Sequence record: SRR2962707_885 | DNA: 39,441 bases | Direction: 5' to 3' (one strand) | In this document: one piece after another, positions 33,477-39,441 of the stretch | Layout of the letters: each line of letters opens with the position of its first letter | Position numbering within the stretch: position 1 is the first letter of the stretch | Notes under the pieces: model-generated | What the model was told of the DNA's origin: nothing | Databases searched by the model: none | The model's input: only the letters and a program-made list of their open reading frames with translations | Position numbers and translations under genes: made by a program

Positions 33477-35945
33477 ATGAAAACCCGCGCCTTGATTAGC
33501 TATGTCCTGATAGCTCTTTTTTTTCATTCTAGTGCCCAGCACTATCGTATGTATCAGCCAGGCGAAATACGCCAGAAGCTGGAGAAGTTAAATGTTTTAG
33601 GATCTGTCTTGTATGTGGCGGCTCACCCGGATGACGAAAACACACGGTTGATCGCATATTATGCTAATGAAGAACTCATGCGAACGGCTTATTTATCTGC
33701 CACGCGAGGTGACGGGGGACAAAACCTTGTCGGACCTCAGATTCGTGAAGAGTTGGGGCTGATCCGAACTCAAGAGTTATTGGCTGCCAGACGAGTAGAT
33801 GGTGGTCAGCAATTTTTCTCACGAGCAAATGATTTTGGATATTCCAAAAACCCGGATGAAACGTTTAATATTTGGGATCGGGAAAAAGTCCTGGGGGATT
33901 TTGTTTGGGCATTCCGTAAGTTTCGTCCAGATATAATCATTACACGTTTTAGTGATACCGGCACTTCTCACGGACATCATACTGCTAGTGCCATTTTGGC
34001 GAGGGAAGCCTTTAAGCTAAGCGGAGATAAAAATGCATATCCTGAACAATTGGATTACGTAGAGCCCTGGCAACCCAAGAAGATCTTTTGGAACACCGGC
34101 TGGTGGTGGTTCAGGGATGGAGAAATGGATACCACGAAGTTAGTTACTATCGATGCAGGTGGATATAATGCACTTTTGGGAGAATCATATACTGAAATTG
34201 CGGCCAGAAGCCGTAGTATGCATAAAAGCCAGGGTTTTGGGTCATCAGGATCCCGTGGAGAACAAATTGAATACCTGGAACAATGGGATGGAGATAAAGG
34301 AAAGACCCCTTTTGATGGGATAGATACCTCTTGGGGTCGGGTCAAAGGTTCAAAAGAGGTTGTTTTTTTTATCAATAAGGCGATTGATCAGTATGATGAA
34401 ACCAATCCATCTTCAATTGTAGATCCACTAATGGGAGCCAGAAAAGCGCTGGAGAAAGTTGATAGCGAGTTTTGGAGAAAAGTAAAGCAGAAAGAAATTG
34501 ATGAACTGATCCGGGCTGCAACAGGTCTTTATCTGTCACTTAGTTCATCAGCTTCCAACTATGCCGTTGGTGATTCCATCACAATTTCATTGGAAGCGGT
34601 GAATAGAAGTGATGTTAAAATGGAAGTAGAGCAACTGAAATTTGAGGAGTGGGTGAATCCAATATCCCTCAAAGCTCCTATTTTGAATAACAAACCGCTT
34701 ACTACTGAAATGAACTTTCAGCTTCCAGCAGGATTGAAATACTCACATCCCTATTGGTTGAGAGAGCCAGGTGAATTAGGTATGTATTCGGTCAATGATC
34801 AGGAACTAATTGGGAAACCGGAAAATGATCCACCTCTTGTAGGTCAGGTCACAATCAATTTTAGCGGGGAGAAGATCAAATACCCTGTTCCTGTCCGTTT
34901 TCGAAGAACTGATCCTGTGGAGGGAGAGGTGGTTGAGCCCATTACTATTGGGCCACCTGTAATGGTAAATATTTCAGGAGGGGTTTTAGTTTTTGGAAGC
35001 GACTCACCAAAATCGGTAGATGTTAGAGTAATCGCAGGTAAAAAACAAACTGAGGGGCGGGTAGCACTTCAGGCTCCTGAGGGCTGGCGTATTTCTCCTG
35101 AATTTTATGATTTCAACTTATCGCTTAAAGGAGAGGAGCAGGTTTACACTTTTGAGATTACTCCGCCATCCGGTGCTTCTGAGGGTTTTGTTAGTGCTCA
35201 AGCCAGTGTGAACGGAAAGACTTATTCGAAGGGACTGTCAGTGATTGATTACGATCACATCCCTAAACAGACCTTGTATCCCGAATCTCAAGTAAAGGTG
35301 GTGCGTCTCGATTTAAAAATGGAAGGCAATCAGATAGGGTATATCGAGGGTGCGGGTGACGCCATACCGGATAATCTGGAGCAGATTGGCTATGAGGTCA
35401 CCACCCTTGAAAAGGACGATGTTTCAGCGGAAAACCTTAAGCAATATGATGCGGTAATACTGGGCATTAGAGCTTTTAATACGGTTGAATGGCTTTCTTT
35501 CAAAAACAAAGAACTTTTTGAGTATGTCAAACAAGGTGGAAACCTCATCATTCAGTATAATACCAGTCACCGACTGGTAACCCAGGAAATTGCCCCATTC
35601 AATTTGAAGCTTTCCCGGGACAGGGTAGCTGTTGAGCAAGCGCCAGTAGAAATCATTGCATTTGACCACCCGGTCATGAATGCTCCTAACCGAATCACGG
35701 ATAAAGACTTTGAAAACTGGGTTCAGGAAAGAGGCTTATACTTCCCGGATGAGTGGGCTGATGAATTCATACCCATTCTTAAAAGTAATGATCCGGGCGA
35801 AAGTCCCAAAACCGGAGGACTTCTCGTAGCAAAATATGGAGAGGGATATTATGTCTATTCGGGTTACAGTTGGTTTAGAGAATTACCAGCTGGAGTGCCC
35901 GGAGCTTATAGAATTTTTGTAAACTTGATATCGCTAGGTAAATGA
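33477..35945 (+). CDS. PIG-L/LmbE family deacetylase with C-terminal accessory domains
   Basis: Signal peptide, AAHPDDEN, TRGDGGQN, R.QEL, DFGYSK, HGHH, HKSQG, PEGW (NEW3-like), C-terminal GATase-like region. Confidence 0.92.
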   Translation: MKTRALISYVLIALFFHSSAQHYRMYQPGEIRQKLEKLNVLGSVLYVAAHPDDENTRLIAYYANEELMRTAYLSATRGDGGQNLVGPQIREELGLIRTQELLAARRVDGGQQFFSRANDFGYSKNPDETFNIWDREKVLGDFVWAFRKFRPDIIITRFSDTGTSHGHHTASAILAREAFKLSGDKNAYPEQLDYVEPWQPKKIFWNTGWWWFRDGEMDTTKLVTIDAGGYNALLGESYTEIAARSRSMHKSQGFGSSGSRGEQIEYLEQWDGDKGKTPFDGIDTSWGRVKGSKEVVFFINKAIDQYDETNPSSIVDPLMGARKALEKVDSEFWRKVKQKEIDELIRAATGLYLSLSSSASNYAVGDSITISLEAVNRSDVKMEVEQLKFEEWVNPISLKAPILNNKPLTTEMNFQLPAGLKYSHPYWLREPGELGMYSVNDQELIGKPENDPPLVGQVTINFSGEKIKYPVPVRFRRTDPVEGEVVEPITIGPPVMVNISGGVLVFGSDSPKSVDVRVIAGKKQTEGRVALQAPEGWRISPEFYDFNLSLKGEEQVYTFEITPPSGASEGFVSAQASVNGKTYSKGLSVIDYDHIPKQTLYPESQVKVVRLDLKMEGNQIGYIEGAGDAIPDNLEQIGYEVTTLEKDDVSAENLKQYDAVILGIRAFNTVEWLSFKNKELFEYVKQGGNLIIQYNTSHRLVTQEIAPFNLKLSRDRVAVEQAPVEIIAFDHPVMNAPNRITDKDFENWVQERGLYFPDEWADEFIPILKSNDPGESPKTGGLLVAKYGEGYYVYSGYSWFRELPAGVPGAYRIFVNLISLGK

Positions 35946-36076
35946 CAGAATTGATCTCTGAGAGAAACATAGACAAGCCACCTCTTTTCAAAAAGTGGAG
36001 ATACCTCTACCTCTTCGTAGCAGGATGGCTGACCGTACTTATCTTATTATTTTATCTATTTAGCACTTCTTATTGA
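35942..36076 (+). CDS. Small single-TM protein (44 aa), not in ORF track
   Basis: MTELISERNIDKPPLFKKWRYLYLFVAGWLTVLILLFYLFSTSY; ATGA overlap upstream and TGATG overlap downstream. Confidence 0.8.
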   Translation: MTELISERNIDKPPLFKKWRYLYLFVAGWLTVLILLFYLFSTSY

Positions 36077-37785
36077 TGAACAATCTCGACCTGATTGTGC
36101 TGTTTGGCACGTTGCTATTTATTGTAGCGTACGGAGTTTATAAAACCAGAGGACAAAAAGATATCGAAGGGTACCTGTTAGGTAGTCACTCGATGAAATG
36201 GGGTACCATTGGGCTTTCCGTGATGGCAACCCAGGCCAGTGCGATTACATTCATTTCTACTCCAGGGCAGGCGTATGATAGTGGGATGGGGTTCGTTCAA
36301 AACTATTTTGGATTGCCATTAGCGCTGATTGTGGTATCAGCCGTTTTCATACCTATTTTTTATCGTCTAAAGGTTTATACAGCGTATGAATTTCTGGAGA
36401 AGCGATTTGATCTGAAAACACGTTACCTGGGAGCAGCGCTTTTTCTGATACAACGTGGACTTGCGGCTGGTATCACCATTTATGCTCCGGCGATCATTAT
36501 ATCCTCTATTCTGCATTGGAACCTTACAGCCACTATATTAGGTACAGGCATACTCGTGATTATTTACACAGTATCCGGAGGAACCAAGGCTGTATCAATC
36601 ACTCAAAAGCAGCAGATGTTTGTCATCATGGCCGGAATGTTTGCAGCCTTTTTTGTCATCATTGGATACCTCAATGATTTCACTACGTTTAGTGGGTCTC
36701 TGGAGATCGCCGGTAGTCTGGGAAAGCTTGAAGCGGTCAATTTGAGCTCAGATGCAGGTGAGCGCTATACCTTATGGTCTGGCTTAACAGGTGGTTTTTT
36801 CCTGGCTTTGTCCTACTTCGGAACAGATCAGTCCCAGGTACAGCGGTATCTTGGTGGAACCAGTGCTGCAGAAAGCCGCATGGGGTTGATGTTCAATGCC
36901 ATCCTGAAAATTCCGATGCAGTTTTTCATCCTATTTGTAGGGGTGATGGTTTATGTCTTTTTCATTTTTTATAATCCACCATTACACTTCAAAGAAGCTT
37001 CGGTTGATATTGTTGAAAACTCAGCATACGCTGAGGAATTTGAATTGCTTAATCATGAGTACACCCATGCCTTGGATGAAAGAAGGTCAGCAGCTGAAAA
37101 GCTTGCGAATGAGTCACTGATTGGTGAAGAGCGAGAGCGAGTTGTTGGTCAGTTAAAGGAAGCAGATGCACGATCTGTTCGAATCCGTGAGCAGGCTAAA
37201 GAAGTCATTTTAAAAGCTGATGACACACTAGAGACAAAGGATTCGGATTACGTATTTCTAACATTTATTATCACTTATTTACCTCACGGACTCATAGGTC
37301 TGTTGATTGCTGTTATTTTTTCAGCAGCCATGTCTTCTACCTCATCAGAGCTTAATGCATTAGCATCTACGACCTCTGTTGATTTTTATAAGAGAGCTAT
37401 TAAGAAAGACGGGTCAGATCATCATTACCTGAATACATCCAAGTTAATGACGCTTGGCTGGGGAGTGCTTGCCATTCTTTTTGCCATTCTTGCTAAGAAC
37501 TCCGAGAATCTGATTGAAGCCGTAAATATTATCGGATCAATCTTTTACGGTACTGTATTGGGAATATTCCTTGTTGCTTTTTTCCTAAAGTATGTGAGGG
37601 GAAATGCCGTATTCATTGCAGCCCTTATTGCACAGACAGGAGTAATTATTATTCACTTCATGACGGAGGCAGGTTTTTTTGCACTGAGCTACTTGTGGTA
37701 CAATGTAATCGGATGCATTGGAACAATCTTACTCGGTATAATCCTGCAACCCATTTTGCCAAGTAAGCCAAGACCTAATTATTGA
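36076..37785 (+). CDS. Sodium:solute symporter family protein
   Basis: SVMATQASAITF..PG, TAYEFLE.RF, YT.SGG.KAV, GTDQSQVQRYL, AAMSS.SS.LN. Confidence 0.95.
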   Translation: MNNLDLIVLFGTLLFIVAYGVYKTRGQKDIEGYLLGSHSMKWGTIGLSVMATQASAITFISTPGQAYDSGMGFVQNYFGLPLALIVVSAVFIPIFYRLKVYTAYEFLEKRFDLKTRYLGAALFLIQRGLAAGITIYAPAIIISSILHWNLTATILGTGILVIIYTVSGGTKAVSITQKQQMFVIMAGMFAAFFVIIGYLNDFTTFSGSLEIAGSLGKLEAVNLSSDAGERYTLWSGLTGGFFLALSYFGTDQSQVQRYLGGTSAAESRMGLMFNAILKIPMQFFILFVGVMVYVFFIFYNPPLHFKEASVDIVENSAYAEEFELLNHEYTHALDERRSAAEKLANESLIGEERERVVGQLKEADARSVRIREQAKEVILKADDTLETKDSDYVFLTFIITYLPHGLIGLLIAVIFSAAMSSTSSELNALASTTSVDFYKRAIKKDGSDHHYLNTSKLMTLGWGVLAILFAILAKNSENLIEAVNIIGSIFYGTVLGIFLVAFFLKYVRGNAVFIAALIAQTGVIIIHFMTEAGFFALSYLWYNVIGCIGTILLGIILQPILPSKPRPNY

Positions 37786-37832
37786 TCAATATAATTGATT
37801 CTGATAGTTGTTTGAACTCACTTTCAAAGCAT

Positions 37833-37863
37833 AAAAAAAGCGTGAGCTAAGCCCACGCTTTTT
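37833..37863. terminator. Bidirectional terminator between convergent genes
   Basis: AAAAAAAGCGTG...CACGCTTTTT with A- and T-tracts on both sides. Confidence 0.85.
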
Positions 37864-37880
37864 ATTTCATTTTGTATTTC

Positions 37881-38747
37881 TTATTTCAAAGAATCAATCA
37901 GATCTTGGTTTCGTTTTACGTATCCAAAATCGTTACCATTTGCTTTTGCTTTTGCCATTGAGTCTTGAGCAGCAGCAATGGCTTCTTTTTTCTTACCAAG
38001 CTTGGCAAGGATCTGTGCCTTAGTATGGACATTCCAAAACTGATTTGAATTTTCTCCCACAGAAAGATACTTGTTCATCCACTCTAATGCCTGCTCCAGA
38101 TTTTCGCCTGCGTTTAGGTAGTAGTTAGCAGCAGCAACATAATTCTGAGGATTTACCTGTGTTTTTGCAGCGATATCCTTCATTACAGCTTCGTGGAAGT
38201 TTACTTCGACGGTAAGGTTCCACATAACGTTTTCCCATGCAAACTGGATGTTAGCAGATGTGTTATCCTCACTGATGTCAGCAATTTGGAATGTCATTCG
38301 TTCAACTGTGTTTTTAGGAGCTGAAGGTTTAACGGTTGTTTTAACTACTGCTTTGCTCTCGTCGTATGCTCCTTCGTTACCACCAATGGGCTCAGAGATT
38401 AACATTACCTGCCACTCTGATTCACCAGGGATACTTACCATTTGGTATTCTCCGGCTTTTACGTCCTGACCGGCAACTTTTACATCTGTGCTGAAGCTTA
38501 CCATGGTTCCTGCATTTGCACCCGTTCTCCACACTTCTCCGTATTGCTCCAGGTACTGATCTCCGCTTCCAAAGATTTTTCTTCCCTTCACACCTGGTCG
38601 GAAATAATCAATGCTTACTTCAGTTAGACCTACAGTGGAGCTTACCGATCCTGCGGGGCTTGGTTGAGGCGTTGCAATTTGGGCTGTGGCACCAAACGCC
38701 ACTAGCAACGATAGTGCGATTAGATTTGTAATTCTTTTCATGTTCAT
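37881..38747 (-). CDS. DUF2911 domain protein with C-terminal TPR
   Basis: Signal peptide, PQPSP, IDYFRPGVKGRKIFG, YGEVWRTGAN, WE, AANYY...ALEW. Confidence 0.9.
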   Translation of the reverse strand: MNMKRITNLIALSLLVAFGATAQIATPQPSPAGSVSSTVGLTEVSIDYFRPGVKGRKIFGSGDQYLEQYGEVWRTGANAGTMVSFSTDVKVAGQDVKAGEYQMVSIPGESEWQVMLISEPIGGNEGAYDESKAVVKTTVKPSAPKNTVERMTFQIADISEDNTSANIQFAWENVMWNLTVEVNFHEAVMKDIAAKTQVNPQNYVAAANYYLNAGENLEQALEWMNKYLSVGENSNQFWNVHTKAQILAKLGKKKEAIAAAQDSMAKAKANGNDFGYVKRNQDLIDSLK

Positions 38748-38763
38748 GAGTTAAAAGGTTTTT

Positions 38764-39414
38764 ATGGTTTTCGAAATTAATACATCCGTTTACGAAAAAC
38801 TCTCAAGATCGTTTTACTTGAGAGAAGATGTCGTGGAAGTGGCAAAAGATCTTTTGGGTAAGGTACTGATTACAAACGTGGGTGGTATTATTACTGCTGG
38901 AAAAATAGTAGAAACTGAAGCATATTGTGGAAGAGGAGATAAAGCTTGTCATGCGAATGGTAAAAGGACGCCCAGAACGGAAGTAATGTATGGGAATGGC
39001 GGGCATGCATACGTTTATTTATGTTATGGCATACATCATTTGGTCAATGTAGTGACCAATAAGCAAGGGAGGGCAGATGCTGTACTCATTCGTGCTTTGG
39101 AGCCCGTTTCCGGTATAGATACAATGAAAGAGCGAAGAAAGCACGCAAAAGCAAAGCTGGCTTCTGGTCCCGGGACCCTCTCACAGGCGATGGGTATTAA
39201 CGTGAAGATGTCAGGTACTGATTTCTTATCTGACCAAATCTGGATCGGATCGGATGATAAGGAAGAAAATTTTGAAATTTTAGCAGGAACAAGAATAGGA
39301 GTAGAATATGCCGAAGAAGATGCATTAAGGCCATGGAGGTTCGTAATTGCTGGCAATAAATTTGTGAGTAAAGACATAAAAAAAGTCCGGCTAACCACAC
39401 CGGACTTCAAATAA
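38764..39414 (+). CDS. mpg: DNA-3-methyladenine glycosylase (AAG/MPG family)
   Basis: VAKDLLGK, IVETEAY, YVYLCYGIH, AVLIRALEP, GPG.L, RIG, PWRF. Confidence 0.95.
   Translation: MVFEINTSVYEKLSRSFYLREDVVEVAKDLLGKVLITNVGGIITAGKIVETEAYCGRGDKACHANGKRTPRTEVMYGNGGHAYVYLCYGIHHLVNVVTNKQGRADAVLIRALEPVSGIDTMKERRKHAKAKLASGPGTLSQAMGINVKMSGTDFLSDQIWIGSDDKEENFEILAGTRIGVEYAEEDALRPWRFVIAGNKFVSKDIKKVRLTTPDFK
39378..39407 (-). terminator. Terminator of a convergent gene beyond the window
   Basis: AAGTCCGG-N9-CCGGACTT with a 7-T tract on the minus strand; overlaps the 3' end of mpg. Confidence 0.7.
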
Positions 39415-39441
39415 TTCACTAGCTGTTTAGCTTTGTCACCA

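Noticed and set aside
2662-39419. Many 60-165 aa ORFs nested in or antisense to long genes (e.g. 18178-18612, 29840-30337, 39036-39419)
   Set aside because: Shadow frames of well-supported CDSs, with no motifs or expression signals

Overview
Bacterial chromosomal window, very likely Bacteroidota (probably Cytophagales; inferred from TAnnTTTG-type promoters and gene families such as DUF4199, DUF2911, BatA-domain and LmbE/PIG-L + SSS). It opens on the last ~22 nt of a 5S rRNA and the rRNA operon terminator. It then carries about 37 CDS: an envelope operon (BatA/vWA protein, dihydroorotase homologue, two DUF4199, two GT2), unusually many signalling genes (four intact histidine kinases, two degenerate HisKA_2 proteins, three response regulators, a CheC phosphatase, a membrane LytTR regulator), stress and housekeeping genes (OsmC, PfpI, queA, menC, mpg), and an LmbE deacetylase-symporter operon. 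The best novelty candidate is a solitary AT-rich 616-aa gene (22906-24756). It has a C-terminal Mrr-like PD-(D/E)XK nuclease motif, possible TerB-like and SAP/HeH-like segments, no partner methyltransferase, and two flanking REP-like hairpins; it may be an undescribed single-gene anti-phage system. Other points of note: two small membrane ORFs absent from the ORF track, a catalytically dead dihydroorotase, a tandem pseudokinase pair, a kinase-CheY-CheC module, and a 17-bp operator shared by a two-component operon and a Na+/H+ antiporter. No integrase, transposase, tRNA or CRISPR array was seen. All family calls are by eye; no database search was run.
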